This document shows, piece by piece, positions 26,856-39,499 of a stretch of 64,000 nucleotides of DNA. Position numbers and translations under genes: made by a program. The notes under the pieces were generated by a model, which had not been told where the DNA came from, ran no database searches, and saw only the letters and a program-made list of their open reading frames with translations. Each line of letters starts with the position of its first letter. Within the stretch, counting starts at the first letter, position 1. This DNA is from Isurus oxyrinchus (lineage: Eukaryota). The stretch lies in contig JANJGN010000004.1 in assembly GCA_026770705.1 (NCBI GenBank), positions 141,794,001-141,858,000 of the forward strand, written 5' to 3'.

Positions 26856-27188
26856 TACATAGAAACTATTTTAAGGATCATGGCAGAAAAGCCAGACACT
26901 AATAAAAAAAATCACCAGATCTTTTGCTTTTACGTAAGAGATTGGAAAGAAGAAAAAAATCTATGCCCCAATTTCGACTCTGGGTTGGTTTGGGGTGGCT
27001 GGGCAGCCATGAGAGTTAGAAACTCACCTGCTGCTTCAGAAATAAGGCCTGGATCTCAATTAAATCTTGCCAGACAGTGAAAAGTCATAAAAACAAAAAA
27101 ACTGCGGATGCTGGAAATCCAAAACAAAAACAAAAACAGAATTACCTGGAAAAACTCAGCAGGTCTGGCAGCATCGGCGGAGAAGAAA

Positions 27189-27228
27189 AGAGTTGACGTT
27201 TCGAGTCCTCATGACCCTTCGACAGAGT
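27189..27228 (-). ncRNA. Hammerhead ribozyme-like motif in the PLE 3' region (variant core)
   Basis: CUGUCGA-A-GGGUC-AUGAG-GACUC-GAAA-CGUC-AACUCU; core differs from CUGANGA at A6. Confidence 0.55.
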
Positions 27229-27643
27229 CCAAGGAAGAGTTGAAATATAAGCTGGTTTAAGGTGTGTGTGTGGGGGGCGGAGAGATAGAGAGAGAGAGAG
27301 GTGGTTGTGTAGACAAACAAGCAGTGATAGAAGCAGATCATCAAAAGATGTCAACAACAATAGAACAAAAGAACACATAGGTGTTAAAGTTAAAGTTGGT
27401 GATATTATCTAAACGAATGTGCTAATTAAGAATGGATGGTAGGGCACTCAAGGTATAGCTCTAGTGGGGGTGGGGAGAGCATAAAAGATGTAAAAAAAAT
27501 AATAAAATAAATAAATATTTTTTTTTTCCTTTTCTCTTTTTATAATGGAAATAGGTGGGAAAAGGAAAATCTATATAATTTATTGGAAAAAAAAGAGAAA
27601 AGGAAGGGGGAAACAGAAAGGGGGTGGGGATGGGGGAGGGAGC

Positions 27644-29722
27644 TCACGACCTAAAGTTGTTGAATTCAATATTCAGTCTGGAAGGCTGTAAAGTGCCTAG
27701 TCGGAAGATGAGGTGCTGTTCCTCCAGTTTGCGTTGGGCTTCACTGGAACAATGCAGTAAGCCAAGGACAGACATGTGGGCAAGAGAGCAGGGTGAAGTG
27801 TTAAAATGGCAAGCAACAGGGAGGTTTGGGTCATTCTTGCGGACAGACCGCAGGTGTTCTGCATAGCGGTCGCCCAGTTTACGTTTGGTCTCTCCAATGT
27901 AGAGGAGACCACATTGGGAGCAACGAATGCAGTAGACTAAGTTGGGGGAAATGCAAGTGAAATGCTGCTTCACTTGAAAGGAGTGTTTGGGTCCTTGGAC
28001 GGTGAGGAGCGAGGAAGTGAAGGGGCAGGTATTGCATCTTTTGCGTGGGCATGGGGTGGTGCCATAGGAGGGGGTTGAGGAGTAGGGGGTGATGGAGGAG
28101 TGGACCAGGGTGTCCCGGAGGGAGCAATCCCGGGGGGGTGAAGGGAAGATGTGTTTGGTGATGGCATCACGCTGGAGTTGGCGGAAATGGCGGAGGATGA
28201 TCCTTTGAATGCGGAGGCTGGTGGGGTGATAAGTGAGGACAAGGGGGTCCCTATCATGTTTCTGGGAGGGAGGAGAAGGCGTGAGGGCGGATGCGCGGGA
28301 GATGGGCCGGACACGGTTGAGGGCCCTGTCAACGACCGTGGGTGCAAAACCTCGGTTAAGGAAGAAGGAGGATATGTCAGAGGAACTGTTTTTGAAGGTA
28401 GCATCATTGGAACAGATGCAACGCAGGCGAAGGAACTGAGAGAATGGGATGGAGTCCTTACAGGAAGCGGGGTGTGAGGAGCTGTAGTCGAGATAGCTGT
28501 GGGAGTCGGTGGGTTTGTAATGGATATTGGTGGACAGTCTATCACCAGAGATTGAGACAGAGAGGTCAAGGAAGGGAAGGGAAGTGTCAGAGATGGACCA
28601 CGTGAAAATGATGGAGGGGTGGAGATTGGAAGCAAAATTAATAAATTTTTCCAAGTCCCGACGAGAGCATGAAGCGGCACCGAAGTAATCATTGATGTAC
28701 CGGAGAAAGAGTTGTGGAAGGGGGTCGGAGTAGGACTGGAACAAGGAATGTTCCACATACCCCATAAAGAGACAGGCATAGCTGGGGCCCATGCGGGTAC
28801 CCATAGCCACACCTTTTATTTGGAGGAAGTGAGAGGAGTTGAAGGAGAAATTGTTCAGCGTGAGAACAAGTTCAGCCAGACGGAGGAGAGTAGTGGTGGA
28901 TGCGGATTGTTCGGGCCTCTGTTCGAGGAAGAAGCTAAGGGCCCTCAGACCATCCTGGTGGGGGATGGAGGTGTAGAGGGATTGGTCGTCCATGGTGAAG
29001 AGGAAGCGGTTGGAGCCAGGGAACTGGAAATTGCTGATGTGACGTAAGGTGTCAGAGGAATCACGGATGTAGGTGGGAAGGGACTGGACAAGGGGAGAGA
29101 GAAGGGAGTCAAGATAATGAGAAATGAGTTCTGTGGGGCAGGAGCAAGCTGACACGATCGGTCTACCGGGGCAGTTCTGTTTATGGATTTTGGGTAGGAG
29201 GTAGAAGCGGGCCGTCCGAGGTTGGGCGACTATCAGGTTGGAAGCTGTGGGAGGGAGATCCCCAGAGGAGATGAGGTCAGTGACAGTCCTGGAAACAATG
29301 GCTTGATGTTCAGTGGTGGGGTCATGGTCCAGGGAGAGGTAGGAGGAAGTGTCTGCGAGTTGACGCTCAGCCTCCGCGAGGTAGATGTCAGTGCGCCAGA
29401 CAACAACAGCACCACCCTTGTCAGCAGGTTTGATGACAATGTCAGGGTTGGACCTGAGAGAATGGAGTGCAGTAAGTTCAGAGAGAGACAGGTTAGAATG
29501 AGTGAGAGGAGCAGAGAAATTGAGACGACTAATGTCGTGCCGACAGTTCTCAATGAAAAGATCAAGAGAAGGTAAGAATCCAGAGGGAGGGGTCCAGGTG
29601 GAGGGAGAATATTGGAGATGGGTAAAAGGATCCGTTGAACTGGGAGAGGACTCCTGCCCAAAGAAGTGAGCCTGAAGACGAAGACGGCGGAAGAAGAGTT
29701 CAGCGTCATGCCGAGCCCGAAA
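27644..29722 (-). pseudogene. Penelope-like reverse transcriptase / GIY-YIG endonuclease (692-codon open frame, disabled)
   Basis: By my reading the frame is open 189 codons upstream of the listed 503-aa ORF: KPADKGGAVVV, PKIHK..PGRPIV, MDDQSLYTSI, GVAMGTRMGP, RYIND (YIDD expected), CPRKRCNTC, LVYCIRCSQCGLLYIGETKR; frameshift near 29722 separates the LSKGLSF segment. Confidence 0.88.
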
Positions 29723-32700
29723 CTAAGTCCTTTGCTGAGCACTGAACATTCAGCATCGGAGAGGGGAAGGTCAGGGGGTATAGTGAACACACGGCTGGGG
29801 TTGGGATTGGAAGATGGGGTGGGGACGGAGGGACAGGCCGGGGTGGAGGGGCCTAGATGTGTGTTGGTGTCGATGAGTTGTTGGAGCTTGCGTTCCTTAG
29901 CACTTGAGAGAAAGAGAAAAAGTTTCTTGTTGAGGCGTTGGATGAGCCGGAGGATAAAATGAAACTGGGGGCACGTGTCAGCTGCCCACTTAGATTAGGC
30001 ATGCAGCAGGATTTGCTGCCAAGGCCATGTCAAGGGTATCTTATGAATGGAAAGTGGGTAAGGAACAGCTTAGCAGGCTAAAACTTTTCTTGTGGGGCCC
30101 CTAGGAGCAGACTGAAGTTCTACCCGTTGTACTACTTATTTATATACTAATGAGCTTACCCTGAGAATTTCAACGGGGTCAGCGGAGCATGACATGGTTG
30201 GTCACGAGCATCACCCCTCAGTAATTCTGACATCTACCTGGACCTCAAAGATATTTGGGGCTATAACCTCCACTCTCATCTTCACCACTGCCTCTTTTAA
30301 AAGCACAAACCATTTCACTGAGGATATCATTGTCTCAGGTAAATTCATTGTCTGATTTCCCAAATCTGCCATCAGGAATCCATTGTTTTGCTGTCCTTGG
30401 GTAATTAATTATTTTAATTCTGCAGGTGGACCTCATTGGCCACAAAGAATGAATATTTACAAGGGATCTTTAGTGTCGGCCTTGCTTTTCAAAATTACTC
30501 ATAAGTGAATGGCCCAGCATTTTATTATCACTGGCAAATGTTTGATAGCCCTGTGGTAACTTTTTGATAATCTATTACTGAGGGAAAGGAATTTGAGGTT
30601 TTCATATCCAGTGATAGCTGGCAATAAATAAATGTTCTTCATGCACCACTCCTGTCTAGATTTCGAGCTGAATCCAGTTTAGTGACTCACAAAATTGTCA
30701 TGTTTTTAAAAGGTTCATAACAATATTGATATGCTATTCAGAATAGGTACTAAAACAACTGCAGAAGAAATAAATCAGGTATCATGAAACTTATGATAGC
30801 AAGAAAGTGACTAGGTTTGAAGACTGAAATAATTGAAATAAGCCAAAACAGTTGACAATTAAAAGCTTGTACCCTCAGAGTTGTGAAAAAAATGTAACAA
30901 TTTATGTTTTAAATTGAATCGGCTTGTAATTTCTCTCTTGTCTGTTGTTTTGTGTTTTAAGTTCTTCTGATGCATCAAATTATTTTGTGATATTCTGACA
31001 TATTTTCATGGATTTTGGCACCATGAGGAGTTGCTCCAGAATAAAGTGATAATGCAGTATCAATGTCGTGTTCTGGATGATCTCTAGGTATTAGCACTTT
31101 AAAAGTAATCTGGCAGTGTACTAAACTTAAAATCCTATTTGTGTCTTAGGGCCAATCAGATAAAACCAACAGTGTTAAATTGTCTATATCTATGGTTTTC
31201 AATTTCTTAATCTGATATTATAGAAAATTTGCCCATGTTTACACCTGTCATTTCCAAATGCTAAACTCCCAAGATCATTGTCAATTATTGATTGACAATA
31301 TACTCTGCGGGGTGAAGGCAGCAAGGGGGCATGGGCACCTTGCTATGAACAAACAAGAAGAGAAAACAAATAATTGTTTATTTTAGTCCATTGATGTTTC
31401 TACTGGCAACCGATTCGGAGTAAGTTGCCTGGCCACTCTTTCTAGAGGAGATTGCTGCATCGTACAGGGTAAGCTTAGTAAGCAATTTACAAGGTAGGCC
31501 ACACAACAAAAATATAACTTTGTTGAAATAATCTGCAATAATATGAACATAATTGAAAGTCCGAGCCAAGATTAAAGAATAGAGTGTAGATCAGAGGGTT
31601 ATATCCGAGAGAATATTAACTCAACTGAGATCTAGTTTGCTGCTTCGAGTGGAAGCTGATGATTCTCCTGCTTGAATATTTTATTCCTTCAAGTGATGCA
31701 GTATACTCGTAAGTGGCATATACCTGTCAACCATTAAACATTTTCCCTTCAACAATTTTTCAGAGGTGAGCAAGAGAAAGGTTCCACAAGTTCAAGAGGG
31801 CCATGAGATACAAGCTTCCCTGTCCAAGAATTCCAAATACAGCAGTGCTATCACAGTGTGTTTACAATGTAATTTCACTTTACAAGGTTTTGCAATATCC
31901 TTCTTAAGTTTTCTTTTAAATTTATAATGATGAAATAGTATAGTTCTGAAATATTTAATTTTGTTATTTCATATTATTTTGATGAATTAACACAAGAATT
32001 ATAATCTTAACTGAACACAATGGGGAAAAATTCATTCACGTAGCACCACTACTCACAGAGCCACATGGATTTACATTGGAGTAGACAATGTTATGGGCCA
32101 CCACCTTTTCCGTGTTCTCCATTAAATTTCTCCCCCAATACTATGTGGTTTCTTACAATTAAACACAATTGGTTCTTGTGGTATGTTCTAATGGGGGTAC
32201 ACTAGCATAATGGTTATGTAACTGGACCAGTAAACCAGTAACTTGAATTATTGATCCAGAGACATGGTTCAAAAACCATTGTGGAGAATTTAAATTCAGT
32301 TAAGTTTTTAAAAATTGTATAGTAGGCTAGTAGCAGCAATGGTAGCCATGAAACTACTGGATTATCGTAAAAAAAAACACCTGGTTCACTCATGCCCTTT
32401 ACGGAAGGAAATCCGCCATCATCATCTCTTTTTGTCACTCGAGACCCACATCAGTATGCTTGACACTTAACTGCCCTGTGAATGGCCCAGAAAGCCACAA
32501 AGTTGCATCAAACTGCTACAGAAAGGTCAACTAAGAATAAAACCAGGTGGGCCACATGGCATCAACCTAAGCACCAGATACAACAAAGCCCAACCTAGCC
32601 AACATTTCAAAGGCCCCCTCATGAACATCTGGGGACATGTGCAAAAATTGAGTGAGAGAGCTGTCGCACAGACTAGTCAAACAATAGCCTGATATAGTCA

Positions 32701-34249
32701 TACTCACCAAATCATACATTCACCCATGGCTCCAGACTCCTCCATTGCCATCCCGTTACCAGAGATGGCAGCACATTGGTTTACAGTTAGGAGGTAATGG
32801 CCCTGGGTGGTTCAACATTGACTTCATAAATTCTCATGACATCTTATCAAATATGGCTAAGGAAAGCCCCTGTACTGTGACTGTAAACCAATGTGTTGCC
32901 ACCTCGGGTAATGGGATGGCAATGGAGGAGCCTGAAGCCATGGATGAAAGGTATGATTTGGTGAATATGACTATATCAGGCTATTATTTGATTAGTCTGT
33001 GTGACAGCTCTCTCAATTTTTGCACAAGCCCCCAGGGGGCCTTTGAAATGTTGGCTGGGTTGGGCTTTGTTATATCTGGTGCTTAGGTTGATGCCATGTG
33101 ATCCATCTGGTTTTATTCTTAGTTGGCTGATTACCACTTATCATCCTCCTTCAGCTGATGAATCAGTGCTCCGCCATGTTGACCACCACTTGGAAGGGCA
33201 CAGAATGTACTCTGGATGTAGTACTTCAATGTCAGCAGCATCATTCCTGACCGAGCTGGCCAAGTATTGAGGATGTAGCTGCCAGATTGGTTTGCGGCAG
33301 GTGGTGAGAGAAGCAACATGAGGGAAAAGCTGACTTGACGTCATCCTCACCAATCTACCTCTCACGGATGCATCTGTCCATGACATTATTGGTAGAACTA
33401 CCACACAGTGATTGTGGAGCTGAGGCCCTACCTTCACACTGAGGTCACCCTCCATAATGTTGTGTGACACTACCGCCATGCTAAATGGGATAGATTCAGA
33501 ACAGATCTAGCAGCTCAAAGGTAGGCATCCAGGCACTGTGGGCCATCAGCAGCAGCAGAATTGTGTTCAACCACTATCTGCAGCTTTACAAAAATGTACA
33601 TGTCTCTCTCTATCATTACCCTAAAGCTGGGGGTCTAAGCCTGGTTTGATGAGGAGCGTGGGAGAGCATCCAGGAGCAGCACCAGATATACCTGAAAATT
33701 CGATGCCAATTTGATGAAGGTACAACACAGGACCACATGCATGCTAAACAGTGAGTGCAGCATTTAATATACAGGGTTAAGCAATCCCACAACCAAAACA
33801 TCAAATCAAAGCTCTGCATTCCTGCCACATCAAGTGGAGAAGCATGGTGCACAATTAAACAACTAACCAGAAGAGGAAGCTCAATAAAAAATCTCTATCC
33901 TCAATGATAACAGGGCCCAGCATGTGAGTGCAAGAGACAAGGCTGAGGCATTGGCAATAACCTGAGCTGGAACTGCCAAGTGGATGATCCATCTCAGCCT
34001 CCTCCTGAGATTCCTGCCATCACAGAAGCCAGTCATCAACCAATTTGATTCACTACACGTGATATCAAGAATTAGCTGAGCACCCTGGATACAGCAAACT
34101 TGATGGGCTCTGAAAACATCCCAGCTAAAGTACTGAAGACTTGAGCTCTGGAACTAGCTCACTTCTAACCAAGCCTACAAAACTGGCATCTAGCCGATAA
34201 TATGGAAAATTGCATAGTTTTGTCCTGTCTGCAAGAGCGGGATAAATCC

Positions 34250-36637
34250 TAAAGGACATAGCTGCTAAATAGCTGCCCTAAAGGACATCGCTGCTAGGCT
34301 GGGCCTACAGCAGGTGGACAGGGAACCAACAAGAGGGAAAAACATGCTTGACCTCATCCTCACAAGCCTGCCTGCCACAGATGCATCCATCTATGACAGT
34401 ATCAGTAGGAGTGAATTCCGCACAGTCATTGTGGAGACAAAGTCCCGCCTTCGCATTGAAGATACCTTCCATTGTGTTGTGTGGCACTACCACCATGCTA
34501 AATGGGTTAGATTTTGAACAGATCTAGCAACTCAAGACTGGGCATCCATGAGGCACTGTGCGCCATCAGCAGCAGCAGAGCTGTACTCAAACACAATTAG
34601 TAACCTCAGGATCCAGCATATGCCCCATTCTACCATTACCATTTCGCCAGGGGATCAACCCTTTTTCAATGATGAGTCCAGGAGGGCATGCCAGGAGTAG
34701 CACCAGGCATACCTAAAAATAAGGTGTCAACCTGGTGAAGCTATAACATAGGACTACTTGTGTGCCAAGCAGAATAAGCAGCAAGTGATAGACAGAGCTA
34801 AGCAATCCCACAACCAACGGATCAGATCTAAGCTCTGCAGTCCTGCCACACCCAGTCGTGAATAGTGGTGGATAATTAAGCACCTTGCTGGAGGACGAGG
34901 CTCCACAAATATCCCCATCCTCACTGATGGGGGGAGCCCAGCGCACCAGTATAAAAGATAAAGCTGAAGCAGTTGCTACAATCTTCTGCCAGAAGTGCTA
35001 AGTCAATGATCCATCTTGGCCTCCTCCGGAGGTCCCCTGATGCCAGTCTTCAGCCAATTCAATTCACTCCAACAGCTGAAGTCACTGGATACTGCAAAGG
35101 CTATAGGCCCCGAAAATATTCCAAAAATAGTACAGAAGACATGTGCTCCATAACTTACCATGCCCCTAGCCAAGCTGTTCCAGTACAGCTACAACACTGG
35201 CATCTACCCGGCTATGTGTAAAATTGCCCAGGTATGTCATATACATAAAAAGCAAGCCAACTCCAACCTGGCCAATCACTGCCCCATCAGTCTACTCTCG
35301 ATTATCAGTAAACTAATAGAATGGGTCATCAACAGTGCTACCAAGTGGCACTTGCTTAGCAATAACATGCTCATTGACTCCCAGTTTGGGTTCCACCAGG
35401 GCCACTCAGCTCCTGACTTCATTACAGCCTTAGTTCAAACATGAACAAAAGAGCTGAACTTCTGAGGTGAAGTGAGAATGACTGCCCTTGACATCAGAGC
35501 CGCATTTGACCAAGTGTGACATCCAGGAGCCGTAGCAAAACTGGAGCCAATGAGAATCAGGGGGAAAACTGTCCACTGGTTGGAGTTATACCTAGCACAA
35601 AGGAAGATGGTTGTGGTTGTTGGAGGTCAGTCACCTCAGCTCCACGGCATCACTGCAGGAGGGTAGCGTCCTAAGCCCAACCATCTTCAGCTGCTTCATC
35701 AATGACCTTCCTTCCATCATAAGGTCAGAATTGGGGATGTTCGCTGATGATTGCACAATGTTCAGCACCATTCACAACTCCTCAGATACTGAAGCAGTCC
35801 ATGTCCAAATGCAGTAAGACCTGGACAATATCCAGGCTTGGGCTGATAAGTGGCAAATAACATTCACGCTACACAAGTGTCAGGCAATGACCATTTCCAA
35901 CAAGAGAGAATCTAAGCATCGCCCCTTGACATTTAATGGCAGGCATTACCATCACTGAATCCCACACTATCAACATTCTGGGCATTATCATTGACCAGAA
36001 ACTGAACTGGATTAGCCATATAAATACTGTGGCTACAAGACCAGGTCAGAGGGTAGGAATCCTGTGATGAGTAACACACTTCCTGACTCCCCAAAGCCTA
36101 TCCACCATCTACAAGGCACAATTCAGAACTGTGATAGAATACTCCCCACTTCCCTGGATGAGCACAGTTCCAACAACACTCAAGAAGCTTGACACCATCC
36201 AGGAAAAAGAAGCTCACGTGATTGGCACCTCATCCAGAAACATTCACTCCCTCCACCACCGATGTACAATAGCAGCCGTGTGTACCATTTAAAGATGCAC
36301 TGCAGGAATTCACCGAGGCTCCTTAGACAGCACCTTCCAAACTCACAAACACTGCCATCTTGAAGAACAAGGGCAGCAGATAGATGGGAACACTGCCATC
36401 ACCAAGAAGTTCCCCTCCAAGCCACTCACCATTCTGACTTGGAAATGTATTGTCGTTCCTTCACTGTCGCTGTGTCTCCCTCCTTAACGGCATTGTGGGT
36501 GTACCTACAGCACACGGACTGCAGCGATTCAAGAAGGCAGCTCACCACCACCTTCTCAAGGGCAACTAGGGATGGGCAACAAATGCTGTCCCAGCCAGCG
36601 AAGCCCATATCCCATGAATGAGTAAAAATAAATAACT
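34250..36637 (+). mobile_element. Younger 5'-truncated copy (B) of the same LINE family inserted into copy A
   Basis: REPTRGKNMLDLILT, KIAQVCHIHKK, FGFHQGHS and FINDLPS...MFADDCT motifs; complete tail; AATCC repeated at both junctions. Confidence 0.88.
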
Positions 36638-37465
36638 AATCCAATCCAGTTAATTACCACCCCATCAGTCCACTTTCAATTATCAGTGAAGTGATGGAAG
36701 GGGTCATCAACAGTGCAATCAAAAGGCGCTTACTTACTAATAACCTGCTCAACTATCCAGAGCTTGGATTCTGCCATGACCACTCAGCTCCAGACCTCAT
36801 TACAGTCTTAGTCAAAACAGCATTAAAGGGCTGAATTTAAGAGGTGAAGTGAGTATGATTGTCCTTGACATCAAGGTAGCATTTGACAAAGTGTGACATT
36901 AAGGAACCCTAGCGAAATTGAAGTCATGGGAATCAAGAGAAACTGTCCATTCCTGAACCTTACCTAACACAAAGTAAGATGGTTGTGGTTGAAGGCCAAT
37001 CATCTCGACACCAGAACATGTTGTAGGAGTTCTTCCAAGTAGTGTCCTAGGTCCAACCATCTTCAACTGCTTCATCAATGATCTTTCCATCATAAAGTCA
37101 GAAGTGGAGATTTTTGCTGATGGTTGCAGAGTGTTCAGTACCATTCATGACTCTCCACATACGGAAGCAGTCTGGGCCCCCATGCAACAAGACCTGGACA
37201 ACGTTCAAGCTTGGACTGATAAGTAGCAAGTGACTTTTGCACCACACAAGTTCTAGGCAATGAACATATCCAATAAGAGAGAATCTAATCATCTCATCTT
37301 GACATTCAATGGTATTACCATTACTGAATCCCCCACTATCACATCCTTGGGGGGACCAGAAATTTTACTGGACCAGCCATATAAATATTGTGGCTACAAG
37401 AGCAGATCAGAAGTTGAAAATACTGCAGGAAGTGATTCATCTCCTAAATCTCTAAAGCCTGTCCA

Positions 37466-37614
37466 TAAGATCATAAGACATAGGAGCAGAAATTAGGCCA
37501 TTCGGCCCATCGAGTCTGCTCTGCCATTCAATCATGGCTGATAAGTTTCTCAACCCCATTTTCCTGTCTTCTCCCCGTAACCTTTGATCCCCTTACCAAT
37601 CAAGAACCTATCTA
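37466..37614 (-). mobile_element. Short CR1 3'-end insertion
   Basis: CATAAGA tail repeats; body nearly identical to 20090-20193; TSD CCTGTCCA at 37458-37465 and 37615-37622. Confidence 0.85.
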
Positions 37615-39073
37615 CCTGTCCACTGTCTATAAGGCACAAGTTAAGATTGTGATGGAATACGCTCCACTTACTTTGATGAATGCAGCTCCAACAACACTCA
37701 AGAAACTCGACACCATCCAGCACAAAGCAGCCTGCTTCATTTACAGCCCTAACCACCACCTCCCACCACCAGCACATTGTGGTTGCAGAAACTCAACAAA
37801 GCTTCTTACAGCACCTCCCAAACCACAACCTCTATTGCCTAGATAGACAAGAATAGCAGGTACATCGAAACACCAACACTTACTATTCCCATCCAAGTCA
37901 TGCACCATCTTAATTTGGTACTATATCCCCGCCCATTCATCATAACTGGGTCAAAATCCTGGCACTCCCTACCTAAAAGCACTGTGAGTGTACCTTAGCC
38001 ACATGGACAGCAGCTCATCACCGCCTTCTCAAGGACAATTAATGACGTGCAGTAAATGTTGACTTACATCCCATGAACGAATACAAAAAATCCCTCTCTA
38101 TAGAATATATACAAGTCATTCTATCATAATGAACAGTTAGTTTTAGCACTTGAGATGAGTGACCCTTGTCTCGTAGATCAACAAAGGCCATTATTAATCT
38201 GGTGCTGAGACTTCAGTTTGTTTACCAATACGTTTTGGAAAGAATGATTGAACAGGCCTGATCTCCCTTAATCTCTGAGTTGAGTCATTTGCTTGACACT
38301 TAACCAGATGATATCCTCAGAAAAATCTAGTGACTGTAATTTCTTTATTACATAAAACGATGCACTTGGAAATGAATAATAAAGACAGGTTCAGTTTGAC
38401 TTGCACAGTGAGATGTGTTATGATAGACTGAACCATGCTTACCAGTTCAAACAGGGGACTGGAAAGTCCAATGTGTCAGGGAATGGAGTTGACAGGGTGT
38501 CGCCAGAAAAGACACATGGCCTGGGATTCATAATTGCCCACCATGTCAAAAACAGAAGTAGGTGTGCTTTGAAAATAATACTCCCGGATTGTGTGTTAGT
38601 GTTCTGACACCTCCAGGACATGCTGGAATTTTCAAAGCGAGGACAGAGTACAGGGAAGTTAGGAATCCACTCACCTCCAATTGACGGCCTTATAAGCTCC
38701 TTGAAGAGCCTGTGAATAGGCCTGGGAGGGCCAGAAAGCGATTTTTAATTTGTAAACTGTCAAACCTGAACAGTCTTGGTGCACTTTAGTGCACAGCTAT
38801 TGGGTTCAATGTGGGGAAAATTTAAGTGATTCTTTTTGCAATGAGAAATTTTTGGAACTAGGGAATTTTGCAGCGGATCAGCACAGCACTTTCCATTTTG
38901 CTGTTTCGCCACTTTTGTGCTTGGGGAGGCTGCTGGTCCTGTGATGTGCTTCTTCCTCTCTTCTGCAAGGCCTCATTTTGGCTGCTGTCTGCCTTTGCTG
39001 CTTGTGCTCTGCTGGCATTCCCATTAATTGGGTGCCAAGCTCACCTTTGACCCAGTTAGGGCACTTACATTTG

Positions 39074-39499
39074 GGGGATGATTTTACCCTCGTCAGTTGC
39101 ACATGGTGGGCGGGCCAGAGGACGGTTGCGAAACCGATCGTCACCTGCAATTGGGCCCCAACCACGATTTCATGCTGGCTGGTCAATTAACAGTCAGCTA
39201 GCATGACCGGCGCGCTCAGAGCCTCAGCATTGCCGGGGCGGGAGGAATGCGAGCTCTGAAGTGTGCGCATGCACAGGGACGCACTCAGTGAAAGCTCCCT
39301 GAAAACACAGAGCTCTTCAGGGAGCTGAAGATTTTTAACATTAAAAGGAAACATTTCAAAACTAAGGAAAACTTGTTTCCTCGTGTGACTCTGTGTGAGT
39401 GCGTGATGACGTTGGGACACTCGCCCGATGTCATTGTGCACTAATTTACTCCCGTTCAGGTCAGGCATGCGCCCGCCCGACGAGGGAAAAATTCTGCCC
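39074..39499 (-). mobile_element. PIF/Harbinger-type MITE, internally deleted
   Basis: GGGGATGATTTT / AAAATTCTGCCC; TSD TTG. Confidence 0.72.

Larger units (their letters stand above)
27087..29975 (-). mobile_element. Penelope-like retroelement, young, 5'-truncated
   Basis: Long RT plus GIY-YIG frame; 3' region 27087-27643 with hammerhead motif; high CpG retention. Confidence 0.92.
32193..38090 (+). mobile_element. Full-length old copy (A) of a tRNA-headed APE-RT non-LTR retrotransposon, with nested insertions
   Basis: A-box TAGCATAATGG 32203-32213; degenerate B-box at 32266; APE start NIWG...PDIVILT at about 32624; RT interrupted at 34249 and resumed at about 36638; tail at about 38030-38090. 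Confidence 0.8.

Noticed and set aside
27970-28812. 280-aa alternative-frame ORF and antisense ORFs over the Penelope RT
   Set aside because: Ser/Pro/Thr-rich by-products of the C-rich codon usage of the real frame; no domain motif
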